A stretch of 64,000 bases of DNA from an uncultured Gemmatimonadaceae bacterium (GTDB taxonomy: Bacteria; Gemmatimonadota; Gemmatimonadetes; Gemmatimonadales; Gemmatimonadaceae). Positions within the stretch are counted from its first letter, which is position 1, and every line of letters starts with the position of its first letter. Below are positions 53,657 to 63,024 of the stretch, one piece after another. A program made the translations under genes and the position numbers. The stretch covers positions 384,001 through 448,000 of the forward strand of contig CAWFQK010000001.1 in NCBI GenBank assembly GCA_963817955.1. The letters run 5' to 3'. The notes under the pieces are model-generated. The model did not search any database, was not told the origin of the DNA, and saw only the letters and a list, made by a program, of their open reading frames with translations.

Positions 53657-53734
53657 TTGGCGAGAGCCGTACTCTATTGCGTCTCGCCATCCAATCAACC
53701 AGAATAGACGCCTCTTTCTCGACCGAGAGCGCCG

Positions 53735-53941
53735 ATGCCACTCGCACGCGCAGTTCTCACGTTGTTCGTCGTCTCGGCCGTTGCGGCCGGATGCGCCAGG
53801 CCCATCGCGCAGATCCGTTCCTTTCCGGACGGCTGCCCGACGGGATGGCGATACCTATACACCGACCGCCAGATGAGCTCCAGTACGGAGCGAATGGTAT
53901 CAGTATGTCGCCAGGAGCGGGACTCGGCCGGCGGGCGATAG
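53735..53941 (+). CDS. Small putative lipoprotein
   Basis: MPLARAVLTLFVVSAVAAGC signal/lipobox, 68 aa. Confidence 0.45.
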   Translation: MPLARAVLTLFVVSAVAAGCARPIAQIRSFPDGCPTGWRYLYTDRQMSSSTERMVSVCRQERDSAGGR

Positions 53942-54167
53942 GGGGACACGGGACGCGCGATCTCACGGCGCCGGCCGGATAGTGTACTTGGTCGTCTGCA
54001 CCACCGCCCCGCCTTTCGACAACAGGTACGTACCGCCAATACTGCCGGCGGCGCCGACCTGACCGTTCAACGAAATGGTGTATTTGTCGCCAGCAGCACG
54101 CACAGCGGCAGTGCGCGTGTTGCGTGTTTCCACCAGAATGTGTGAGGCATGTATTGCCCTCCCAGGC

Positions 54168-54911
54168 TCAGTCGCGGCGAACGAGCGCGAAGTATTGTTT
54201 CGCGCCGGCGGGTGTGGTCCAGTAGAACTCGAGATTGCCCTTGTTCAACGTCGCACGGCCGTTGTTCCACGCAACCAGGGAACCGGTGAATACCACGTCG
54301 TTGCCGTCAACGCGCCATCGTCCCGATCCCGAGTTGGGCGACGTGTACGTTCCATTCGCATTGACCTCGATCTGGCCGACGAAGTTGGCGCCGTACCAGG
54401 TACCGACGAGCGAGTTGGGCTTTGCCGGTTGCGCGGTCTTGCCGGCGTTGCCGGCCGTTCCGGATTTCCCACTCGGCGACGCCGTAAAGCTCCCGTTGGC
54501 GGGATCGATCTTGATCGTCGTCACGCGATCGCCGGCGTACTTGAACGTGAGCGCATACTGATCGACGGTCACGCTGCTGCGCTGGCCAAAGACGCGCACG
54601 ACATCCGCGGCGCTGCTGCCCACCCCGATCCCCGAGGCGAGACGCACGTCGGGGCCATTGATGGTGAAATGCCAGATTTCATCGCGTCGTCCACCCACCA
54701 TCACGCCAAATTCAGCGTAGCCGAACGTTCGCACGTCCCAGGTGACCTTCGTCGGCTCGCCGAATTTCTGAACGATCTGCGCCTTGGTCCAGCTGAGCTT
54801 GAGCCCGTTCGACAGCGGTTCGACCGGATTGTCCCCACGCGCTGGCAGCGCAACGACGGTCGTGAGGAACAGCGCCGCAGAAACGCGGCGCAGGCTTTGG
54901 AAAATTATCAT
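54168..54911 (-). CDS. Hypothetical secreted two-domain protein
   Basis: Signal peptide, G/K/T-rich linker, beta-rich C-terminal domain (LVGTW...NGTY...GRW). Confidence 0.7.
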   Translation of the reverse strand: MIIFQSLRRVSAALFLTTVVALPARGDNPVEPLSNGLKLSWTKAQIVQKFGEPTKVTWDVRTFGYAEFGVMVGGRRDEIWHFTINGPDVRLASGIGVGSSAADVVRVFGQRSSVTVDQYALTFKYAGDRVTTIKIDPANGSFTASPSGKSGTAGNAGKTAQPAKPNSLVGTWYGANFVGQIEVNANGTYTSPNSGSGRWRVDGNDVVFTGSLVAWNNGRATLNKGNLEFYWTTPAGAKQYFALVRRD

Positions 54912-55068
54912 CGTATTCCCTGTGAGCACATGGTTAGCAGCCCGAGGAGTCGGCCGCGCGCTTGGCACCGAAGGCAGCCCACGAACCTACTGGCACACTC
55001 CCCACTGCTCAATGAGCACCAACTGCCCGGCGCGGCTACCAACCGCGTGATGTCTGAACCAGCGCATG

Positions 55069-55869
55069 TCACCACGCTTTTGGTTTGTACGTGATGCCGT
55101 TCAGCACGACGCCGGTCTTGCCGTTCGGTCCGAGCATGCGGAAGGAGTAGTGGCGCGTCTGGCCCACCGCGGTCTCGCCCGCGGTCATCGTCGTCACACG
55201 ATTCACGACGCTGCCAGATGCGTTGGTGATGCGCGTGACGTGCACATCTAGCGCGTCGCCATTGATGGTGTACGTGCCGCGCTCGGAGGTGCCGTGAGAC
55301 ATGGTGCCGCCGTTGAAGACCTCGCGGTACAGGTACGTACCGTCGGCGACAAAGTCCCACGTATGAAGCAGGTTCTGCGCGTCCACATAGAAGTACCGAG
55401 CCGTCCACCCGGTCGGCGTCGGTTTGGCCGCGACCGGCGCCGCCGGGGCGACACCAGAGGATTGCACGGGGGTTCGCACGGAAGAAACGCCAGCTGGGGA
55501 AACTGCTTTTGGCGTACTGTCAGCGTGCAGAGTAGTGGTCGTGTCTTTGTTCTGGTGAAGCGGCACTAATCCATATGCTCGCGTCTTCACCCCGCTCCCA
55601 TACGTTGGCGCGGCCACGCTTCCATATGTCCGTGTCTGGACACCTCCGTACGCGCGCGTAGTTGCTCCCGTCGCCTGAGCGGCGCGAAGCGAGTCGGCTT
55701 GCACTTTGGCGGCCTTGGCTTTCGCTGACCGTGCCGCGCGAACGGCGCGAAGCGAATCGGCGCGGGTCTGGCTGGCCGGCGCGGTATCGGTGACCTGAGC
55801 GGCTGAGGGCCTGCCCAGCGCCACGCATGCAACGGCCGCGATGCACAACAGCTTGGTCCGTTTCCTCAT
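55069..55869 (-). CDS. Hypothetical secreted protein with low-complexity linker and beta-rich C-terminal domain
   Basis: Strong purine-rich RBS, signal peptide, xxYG repeats and F.ADGTY...ERGTYTI.GD. Confidence 0.7.
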   Translation of the reverse strand: MRKRTKLLCIAAVACVALGRPSAAQVTDTAPASQTRADSLRAVRAARSAKAKAAKVQADSLRAAQATGATTRAYGGVQTRTYGSVAAPTYGSGVKTRAYGLVPLHQNKDTTTTLHADSTPKAVSPAGVSSVRTPVQSSGVAPAAPVAAKPTPTGWTARYFYVDAQNLLHTWDFVADGTYLYREVFNGGTMSHGTSERGTYTINGDALDVHVTRITNASGSVVNRVTTMTAGETAVGQTRHYSFRMLGPNGKTGVVLNGITYKPKAW

Positions 55870-56121
55870 ACCCTCTTCCTCCTCCTCGGGTTTTGACGCG
55901 ATTGGCTAAACCATGCACCGCGCATTATGGTGATGATTCATCACGCGCCGATCATCGGTCGATCACACAGCTATGATACTGCGCCTCAACATCTTTATAT
56001 GGACGAGTCCTGATGGGCGGCGGTCACCGTGGCCGTGTGCGCCCATGGACGGATAGTCGGGAGTGGCGGGTGAAGCGATCGAGACGGCGGGTGACAGTGG
56101 TGAGTCGTCGGGATCGAGTCG

Positions 56122-56913
56122 TTAGTCGTCAGTGACTGAGGACCCCGCCGGCCCTCGACGGATTGCCAGCAGGCTACGCGCTGCATCCGCAATCCGGTTC
56201 ACTGCCGCCACCGCGTGCCGCCCTTCCTCTTCGCTGGGGAACGGTCTCGGAGCGAAATCATCTTCCGGATAGCGGGAATCCACGGCAAAGCGACACAGGA
56301 ACACGCAGTCGTCATCCAACCCGTCGAGCGAGTATCCAAGCCGCCAGCACTGCTCGAGCACCGCGTGGACATCGTGCGTCCGCTCCGGGCGCTCCCAGCG
56401 CTGAATGATCAGCGCCTTGAGATACTTCTCGGCGGCTTGCTGGGCGTGGAAGCAGACGGCTGCCCACGGAATGTGCTCGACTGCCAGAGACGCCCGGATA
56501 GTGGTCAGATCTATCTCCGCGTACTCGATCCAGCGCGCCACCGACGCCGGCTCCTTCGGCCGCTCCCGCACATACCGCGACGCACCTACCGCGACGTCGC
56601 TCCGGCGGTACAACTCCTTCCCTTCTCTCGCAATCGCGTAGGCCATGGTGCCCGGATCATCGCGACACGCGTCCAGCTCTTCGGGCGTATAGACGAATAC
56701 GTCCATGTCCCAATCGCGCTGGCTGAAGAGCCGGCGAACGACTTCACGTCGCTCGCGCACGGGCAGCGGCGTCTCCAACTCCACCATGATGTCCGCATCG
56801 CTGTCCGCACGCGCATCGCCGCGGGCGCGGCTGCCGAAGAGCACCACGCGCCGCGGATGCAGGGCGTCTACGATCGTGCAAACGATCTCGTCTATCGGCG
56901 GAGTGCCTCGCAT
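56122..56913 (-). CDS. Fused minimal nucleotidyltransferase + HEPN domain protein
   Basis: N-terminal LFGSRARGD...DSDAD; C-terminal W...A..D, CFHAQQAAEKYLKA, THD and SRYP, all in one frame. Confidence 0.88.
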   Translation of the reverse strand: MRGTPPIDEIVCTIVDALHPRRVVLFGSRARGDARADSDADIMVELETPLPVRERREVVRRLFSQRDWDMDVFVYTPEELDACRDDPGTMAYAIAREGKELYRRSDVAVGASRYVRERPKEPASVARWIEYAEIDLTTIRASLAVEHIPWAAVCFHAQQAAEKYLKALIIQRWERPERTHDVHAVLEQCWRLGYSLDGLDDDCVFLCRFAVDSRYPEDDFAPRPFPSEEEGRHAVAAVNRIADAARSLLAIRRGPAGSSVTDD

Positions 56914-57587
56914 GTGCTTACGATACTGCAAGGCACCCGCCGAGCGCCATCGTTTGGTTTCGGAAGCGGCGATCGTAATAGCACGTGCCACTCTTCGAGG
57001 AGGCACAGATCGATTGGAGCCGCGGCGTGTACCATTGCGTCGATCACTCCCCTGGTGATCTTGGCGTCCCGCAAACCATTGCGAATAGCGGCCGTCGCGA
57101 GGGTGCCACCGGCGATGATCCGGTAGCGGTCGTCGACTGCTTTCTCGAGAGCGTCGATCACATCGCGCAGGCCGCTCGCGGTGTTGGCGCTTACGCCGTG
57201 CTCCTCGAACTCAGCGGTGCGCTCTGTGAGCAAGCCCGCGAGCGCGCGTCCGTGTGTTATGAATTGCTCGATCGACTCCCTCATGGTCGGCGCGACGAAG
57301 CCGGGCAGGGCGCCCGATCGGTGCGCTATGGCACGCGTGACGGCGAAGATGACGCGGAAGTGGCGGTCGAGTATGTGCTGTCGCAATGTTCGGATCACAT
57401 TGGTGATTCCGCGCGCCTCGCTCGCGGCGCGCGCCTGCGTGATGGCCGCCTCTTGGACCGTCTCGATGTGCTCCTTCAAATGCACACGTGCCGGCAGACG
57501 CGCGAAACCGAGCTGTCTTCCGTGACTGTCCATGAATGCGTCGACGCGGAGCAGCATGGCGAGCGCGTGCGCTTCTTTTGTGTTCAT
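56892..57587 (-). CDS. Hypothetical alpha-helical protein, paralog of 57678-58472
   Basis: Shared pattern L..VD.F.D......L, LR..LL..H...I..., F.E.G, ....DA.V and LL.EW. Confidence 0.7.
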   Translation of the reverse strand: MNTKEAHALAMLLRVDAFMDSHGRQLGFARLPARVHLKEHIETVQEAAITQARAASEARGITNVIRTLRQHILDRHFRVIFAVTRAIAHRSGALPGFVAPTMRESIEQFITHGRALAGLLTERTAEFEEHGVSANTASGLRDVIDALEKAVDDRYRIIAGGTLATAAIRNGLRDAKITRGVIDAMVHAAAPIDLCLLEEWHVLLRSPLPKPNDGARRVPCSIVSTCEALRR

Positions 57588-57624
57588 AATATACTCATGG
57601 TGAATGGTTGTGGTGGGCGCAAAC

Positions 57625-57658
57625 GCACACGGCCGCCCGGTGAGGGGCGGCCGTGTGC
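57625..57658 (-). terminator. 14-bp stem hairpin between the paralogs
   Basis: gcacacggccgccc-ggtgag-gggcggccgtgtgc; short T-run on the minus strand. Confidence 0.65.
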
Positions 57659-57677
57659 ATGACTACGTGGGTGTCGC

Positions 57678-58472
57678 TCAGATGGCCGGCGGCGGTGTCG
57701 GAGCCGGTGTTGGGGTTGGAGCCGGTGTTGGCGTTGGAGCCGGTGTTGGCGTTGGAGCCGGTGTTGGCGTTGGAGCCGGTGTTGGCGTTGGAGCCGGTGT
57801 TGGCGTTGGAGCCGGTGTGTCAGGCACGTTTGGTCTCACCGTCGTCGTCGGCGGCTTCTTTACGATGTTCCACTCGTTGAGCAGGTCCTCGTTGTCCTTC
57901 AGGTCGACCTTGACCAGCGCGTCGAGCACGAGGACGGTGCGTCGAGCGGCGACGAGCTGCGATCGGAGACTCTTGGTCGCACCCCCTTTAGCGCCGCGGG
58001 TGGCCGAACGCTGGTCGATAGACGCGATCATGTCGGCCGCGGCCTGCCGAAGGCGGTCGGCGAAGTCTGTCGTCAACCCCGCTTCGATGAACACCGGCGC
58101 GTGCTGTGCCGCCACGTCGGCCATGCCGATGGCCATACTGTTCAACTGTTCCGCCGTCGCGTTCGTGCGCGGCATCTTGAGCGCAGACAGCTCGGGCGTG
58201 TGCGGCAGGTCAGCCGCGGCAATGCGACTGATCGGCGACATGTGGTCCTGCAGCAGCGTCTTGCGCAACGCGTATTGCTTGGCGGTGAGGCCGCGCGCAG
58301 CCTGGGTTCCGCCGGCCTGCGTTCCCGCGTGTCCCTCGAGCTGGACAAGCCTCGCTTTGAGCTTTCCGCGCGACCCCGCCACCGCGGCGACGGGAAGCTT
58401 GTCCGCGTTCGCGTCGATGAAGTCGTCGACGGCGCGGAGGGACTTGATGGTGTTGCCCTGTCTGATTTGCAT
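57678..58472 (-). CDS. Hypothetical alpha-helical protein with Pro/Thr-rich tail
   Basis: GAGG RBS, strong codon bias, (TPAPTP)n C-terminus. Confidence 0.8.
   Translation of the reverse strand: MQIRQGNTIKSLRAVDDFIDANADKLPVAAVAGSRGKLKARLVQLEGHAGTQAGGTQAARGLTAKQYALRKTLLQDHMSPISRIAAADLPHTPELSALKMPRTNATAEQLNSMAIGMADVAAQHAPVFIEAGLTTDFADRLRQAAADMIASIDQRSATRGAKGGATKSLRSQLVAARRTVLVLDALVKVDLKDNEDLLNEWNIVKKPPTTTVRPNVPDTPAPTPTPAPTPTPAPTPTPAPTPTPAPTPTPAPTPTPAPTPPPAI
57700..57818. repeat. 18-bp tandem repeat GGAGCCGGTGTTGGCGTT x ~6.6
   Basis: Read directly; encodes the PT tail. Confidence 0.95.
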
Positions 58473-58574
58473 ACTGCCTCTATGAAATAGAGTGGTTGGA
58501 CGCGCATGAATGTGCGGCCGGCGTGCGCGTCCTCACGTCGGCCGGCAATGAACGGGCGGTACTTGGGATTTTCA

Positions 58575-59057
58575 GTAGGGATGACGCACGTGCCTGTCGG
58601 AGCCACGTGTTGGTCTGTCGCGGTCACGCGTCCGGGTGTCGCGGTCACGCGCCTGCTTGACGGCGAGACATGCCATCCGGTCGGGATGAAGCGTCAGCGT
58701 GTCGGAGCGCCGCGTTCACCAGTCGCGGTCACGCGTTCGTTGGTCGGCCTTCGGCGCTCGAATGTTGGAGTCGGACGATCGCTTGTCGGGGTCGGACGAT
58801 TGGCGGTCGGCGTGGCGTGCGTGGCGATCGAGGTGCCGCAACTGACTGTCGCGGTTCAACGTCTGATCGTCGCGATCGGGCGTCTATCGAACGGTGTGAC
58901 GTGTCGCGATGTCGCCGTGTGGCGCGCGGTCGTCGCAGTCACGCGTTCGGATGACGGTGTATTGGACCCGATGGTCGGGGTTGCGTGCAGCGACGTCGTG
59001 GTTCGGCGTTCGGCTGACGAGGTCGCGTGCTCGGCTGACGGCGCCGGCGAGTGGGTA
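58575..59057. repeat. Degenerate 21-bp tandem array, 23 units
   Basis: The + frame parses exactly into 23 heptads V-[GA]-V-x-R-x-x; consensus GTCGSNGTNNNNCGN7. Confidence 0.8.
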
Positions 59058-59114
59058 CATCGAGCGACGACGACGGGCACGGATCGCGGTCATCCGTGAG
59101 GCATGAAACGACAA

Positions 59115-59202
59115 AGGATCTCTTCGACTTGAAAGAGATCCTTCGCTTTGCTCAGGATGACAACGGGTGGCTCAGAATGACAACGGGTGGCTCAGAATGA
59201 CA
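59115..59202. repeat. Hairpin plus REP-like unit and 20-bp tandem CTCAG[GA]ATGACAACGGGTGG
   Basis: aaggatctctt...aagagatcctt inverted pair followed by three ctcag(g/a)atgacaa units. Confidence 0.8.
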
Positions 59203-59379
59203 AGCTCGATCCGTAGTTGGCGAGTTCATGCCCCTATATATTAGTTCCGAATTTGGGGGGTCGGCGCAAGAGGCAATTTTTGCCGGGGGCCAAAATTGGT
59301 CATTTTGTCCGTTTAGTCGTCGACGTCATCGCGGCAGCGGGGGCGGGGGCGGGGGCGGGGTTACGGGACGTGAGCACAC

Positions 59380-60114
59380 CTATCGCCAAGGCTCGCAATT
59401 CACCGTAGCCGAAAGGTCGAATCCCTTCATGCGCACGTGCTTCCCCGCCTGACCACCCAGAAACCCACCGCGAAAGGTGATCGTGGCCGCGGCGGCGTCA
59501 TAGATGTACGCGCCGCCGCGCTTGCCATCGAGGTCGTCGTACGTTCCCCCGGTCTTGAGGCGAAAGCCCATTCCTGCCATCAGCTTGGTGTGCACGCCGT
59601 AGCACGCGTATTCGCCGATGTAGAGACTTCCCTGCTCCTTCACAGCAGGCGTCGTGGGCTGAGCGCCGACGGGCGCTGCTCGCGGTGCCGCCTCACCGGC
59701 CAGGCCAGCCACTGGCATGGAGCTCACGCCTTCGGAAGGGTTGTTCTTGCAGACGGCATCGCTGACCGTCATGCGACCTTGGACGATCCACTTGCCGAAG
59801 TCATCCTTTAATGCGTCGAACTTCCACTTGTCCATTTTGCCGACGCAGGTCTGCCCGTAGTAATGATTACTGGGGTAACCCGGGCCGTAATCGTGGATGA
59901 TTGCCGTGACCTGGAATGGATAATATCCGCCATTCGGTTTCCCCGGCTGCACGTCCTGAAAGAGCACCGTGCGCACGGTTGTTCCGGCTGGCTTGAGCTT
60001 CTGCAAATGCGCCTCGAGCAGCTGCGTGAACTGTGCTGCGGACGGCTGTGCGGCAGCCGTTGATGCCATCAGCGCCAATGAGACGAGCGCGATGCCGAGC
60101 CGGGGGGTACGCAT
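59380..60114 (-). CDS. Hypothetical secreted two-domain protein
   Basis: Signal peptide ending AAA-Q, four Cys, beta-rich C-terminal domain (GEYAC...GGTY...G.Y.YD). Confidence 0.72.
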   Translation of the reverse strand: MRTPRLGIALVSLALMASTAAAQPSAAQFTQLLEAHLQKLKPAGTTVRTVLFQDVQPGKPNGGYYPFQVTAIIHDYGPGYPSNHYYGQTCVGKMDKWKFDALKDDFGKWIVQGRMTVSDAVCKNNPSEGVSSMPVAGLAGEAAPRAAPVGAQPTTPAVKEQGSLYIGEYACYGVHTKLMAGMGFRLKTGGTYDDLDGKRGGAYIYDAAAATITFRGGFLGGQAGKHVRMKGFDLSATVNCEPWR

Positions 60115-60313
60115 TTGCTGACCGGAGAGAGGGGTACGGGACACGAGTAGTAGCTTGGCGCCGCGCGGGAGGGAAGTGATGACGGCAAACCTGGGTAGAA
60201 GCTGACGTGCTAGGTAACAGCTAAAACTCCGGCAATTGGTAATTATTCAGTAGTTCCTACATGCAGGTGTGCGCCTTGGACTAGGCAAAGTTAAATTGAA
60301 CTGAAGTAAGAAC

Positions 60314-60362
60314 TTGCGATGTTTTAGTAGGAATTGTAGTTTTAGTTAGAAACTAAAACTAC
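60314..60362 (+). promoter_or_regulatory. Promoter TTGCGA-N17-TAGTTT overlapped by a perfect 12-bp inverted repeat (putative AbiEi operator)
   Basis: gtagttttagtt-aga-aactaaaactac at 60336-60362 in an AT-rich stretch. Confidence 0.75.
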
Positions 60363-60374
60363 TGGATTTGATAA

Positions 60375-61547
60375 ATGAACCCTCGCCGACGAGCCCCGGA
60401 GAACCACGATCAACTGACGGCTGCCCTGCTGGGTTTCTGGCGTGACGAACTCGGTCTATCGGTTACGCGCGAGTTGGGCGCATCCCGCGAGACGGATCGA
60501 GACGAGTTTGACGAAGTCATTTCCTTGCACCTCGATGATCGAGTCTGGCGCCTATACATCGATTGGCAATCCCGCGCGCCATCCGCCCTCGACTTGCACC
60601 ACTTAGAGGCCCGCGCTATCCGGCTCTCAAAAGCGGACACGAGCGGCGTGCTGTGCCTCGCCGTACCACGCCTACTCAAGCGGCATCATGCGGCACTACG
60701 CGAATCCGGTATTAGCCACGCAGATCTGCGCAGCATCCTGTACTTGCGTGCGCCAGGGTTGCTTGTTGACATAGAACGTCTGCGAGACTCGACCGATCGG
60801 GCGGCGGCGTCCATGGACTCATCCCCCGTGACTCCCGTTGATCCGTTCTCGGATCGCACGAGTCTCGTCGCGCGCACCTTACTGGAGTACCCGCGAGAGT
60901 CATTCAAAGTCATCGACCTCGCAAAGCTCACCGGCGTCAGCGCTGGCTGGGTCTCGATCGTTTCCAACGAGCTCTGCCGCCGAGGGTACGCCGCCAAGTC
61001 CGCCCGCGAACTTCAACTCGCTGATGCGGTCCGCCTCCTCCAGGACTGGTCACGCGTCTACACCTGGCGACGAAACCCCGTTCAACGCTTCGAGGTGCCA
61101 TACTCTGCGGAGGAGATCCTCCGAAAGTTCCGGCTTCATCAGGCTGACAAACCCAGTTCCGAGTCCGGCCAGGCCGCCCTGACGCTACACTCGGCGGCTC
61201 AACTTGTCTCACCACACGTTCGCAGTGACGTTGTAGCGCTGTATGCCGAGCGTCCCGCGCATAAACGACTGCTCGAATGGCTTGCGACAGACTTGCAAGC
61301 GCAGCCGACAACAGCTGGCGGCGGTTTCCAGGTCGTCACTCCGTTCTACGAGCACTCCGCGTTCTACCAGGTCAAGTCTATCAGTGGCCTGCCGGTCGTT
61401 TCGCTTCCGCAGCTGTTTCTCGATTTGGTGCACTACCCGATACGCGGCCAAGAAGCAGCCTCGATGCTCGTACGCACAGCTCTCGGCGACCATCTCGACC
61501 TCTCGCCCGCCGATCGGCAACGGCTAACGCGAGAAATCGAGCAATGA
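60375..61547 (+). CDS. Type IV TA antitoxin, AbiEi_2-like transcriptional regulator
   Basis: Central HTH (DLAKLTGVSAGWVS), LL.DW, ALTL.SAA and C-terminal PVVS.PQLFLDL...P.RG.EAA. Confidence 0.8.
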   Translation: MNPRRRAPENHDQLTAALLGFWRDELGLSVTRELGASRETDRDEFDEVISLHLDDRVWRLYIDWQSRAPSALDLHHLEARAIRLSKADTSGVLCLAVPRLLKRHHAALRESGISHADLRSILYLRAPGLLVDIERLRDSTDRAAASMDSSPVTPVDPFSDRTSLVARTLLEYPRESFKVIDLAKLTGVSAGWVSIVSNELCRRGYAAKSARELQLADAVRLLQDWSRVYTWRRNPVQRFEVPYSAEEILRKFRLHQADKPSSESGQAALTLHSAAQLVSPHVRSDVVALYAERPAHKRLLEWLATDLQAQPTTAGGGFQVVTPFYEHSAFYQVKSISGLPVVSLPQLFLDLVHYPIRGQEAASMLVRTALGDHLDLSPADRQRLTREIEQ

Positions 61548-61778
61548 GCGCCGACGACGACGCAACTGGAGTCTTTGCGAAGCTCATCCGTGCCTTGAAC
61601 CCGTACGCCTCAGAAATTGTTTTGGTCGGCGGTTGGGTACACGCACGCTATCTCGCTGACGCGAATCGCGGAGGAAGAGGCGTTCGAGCACAGTGGCCGG
61701 TCCACACGGACGACATCGATATCACGATCCCGCCTAAGCTTCTTTCGTGGGCCTCCCCCGATTTCGTAGACACGAGGT

Positions 61779-62671
61779 TTACGCTGCTATTGCGGGTTCT
61801 CTCATGCGTGTCTGCCGCAGCTCAAACGCGGCGGGACTCAGGTAGCCCAGGCTCGAGTGCCGCCGTTGTTGATTATACCACACCTCGATGTACTCGAACA
61901 CCGCCGTCCTTGCCTCGTCGCGTGTCGCCCAATCGGCGTCATCCGCCAGCTCGCGCTTGAGCGTCGCAAAGAAGCTTTCCGCGACCGCATTATCCCAGCA
62001 GTTCCCCACCCGACTCATGCTGCAGGTCATCGCGTGAGCCGTGAGGATATCCTGATAGTCGCCAGCCGCGTATTGACTCCCCCGGTCGGAATGGTACAGC
62101 GTGCCCGGCTTGGGCTGACGCCCCGCCAACGCCATCAGCAGCGCGTCCCGGGTGAGCGCGCCCTCCAAGGTGTGCCGCATCGCCCACCCGATCACTCGGC
62201 GCGACGCGAGATCGAGCACGATCGCCAAGTACAGCCAGCCTTCGCGCGTCGACAGATACGTAATGTCGCCGACCCACACGCGATCGAGCGCGGCCCCGTC
62301 CGCCACGGCGAACTGCCGATCGAGCACGTTGGGCGCGATCGGATGTGCATGCCTGGAATCCGTCGTCCCGCGGAAGCGCCGCGGCGTCTTGGCGCGGAGC
62401 CCTTCCTCCTGCATGAGGCGCGCGACCCGCTTCGCGCCGTGCGCTGCCCCTGTGCTTTGAGCTCGGCGTGCACGCGCGGACTGCCATACCGCTGGCGGCT
62501 CTTGGCATGAATGACCGTGATCGCCTCGGCGAGCTGGGCGTCGTCCTCGGCGTGCCGACTCGGTGGCCGGCTGACCCATGCATAGTAGCTGGCCTTCTTC
62601 ACCTGCAACACGCGACACATGGTCGTCACGTGGAACTCGGGCGTGTGGACCGCGATGAACGCGAATCTCAT
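61779..62671 (-). CDS. IS3 OrfB DDE transposase, frameshifted near 62440
   Basis: YGSPR in one frame; KRVARLM, WVGDITY, HSDRGSQY, DNAVAESFF..LK and YN..R.HSSLGY.SP in the next. Confidence 0.9.
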
Positions 62672-63024
62672 CGCCCGCTCTTGGCGAAGAAGGCCGTCGC
62701 TTTTCCCAAGATGTCACGCTCCTCGCGCAACACCGCGTTCTCGCGCCGCAACTGGCGAATCTCCTCGTCCTGGCTCGTCAACTTTCCGTTTCCCGGGAAG
62801 ATGTCGGCCGGCCGGTGGCCCGCCCGCGCTTCCACCTGGCGCGTCCACTGGCGGAGCATTTCGGGACGAATGCCCAAATCGCGCGCGACTGCACTCACCC
62901 GCCGATCGCCGACGGCAGCGAGGCGCACGGCCTCAAGCTTGAAGTCTTGGGTGAACTGCCGACGGGATTGCGGCGGTTGACTCCCGACCTGTTGTGGCTG
63001 CTGCTTGGTTCGTTTTGCCCTCAT
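62668..63024 (-). CDS. IS3 OrfA (HTH + leucine zipper)
   Basis: RRQFTQDFKLEAV, VARDLGI, EIRQLRREN..LREERDIL.KA..FFAK; its stop overlaps the OrfB ATG. Confidence 0.92.
   Translation of the reverse strand: MRAKRTKQQPQQVGSQPPQSRRQFTQDFKLEAVRLAAVGDRRVSAVARDLGIRPEMLRQWTRQVEARAGHRPADIFPGNGKLTSQDEEIRQLRRENAVLREERDILGKATAFFAKSGR

Noticed and set aside
45408..60144. Integron cassette array (many small co-oriented genes and TA modules)
   Set aside because: No integrase and no recurring attC-like RYYYAAC...GTTRRRY palindromes; many genes overlap directly.
62660..62700. Programmed -1 frameshift site between IS3 orfA and orfB
   Set aside because: No A6G/A7-type slippery run is visible; the ATGA overlap fits translational coupling.
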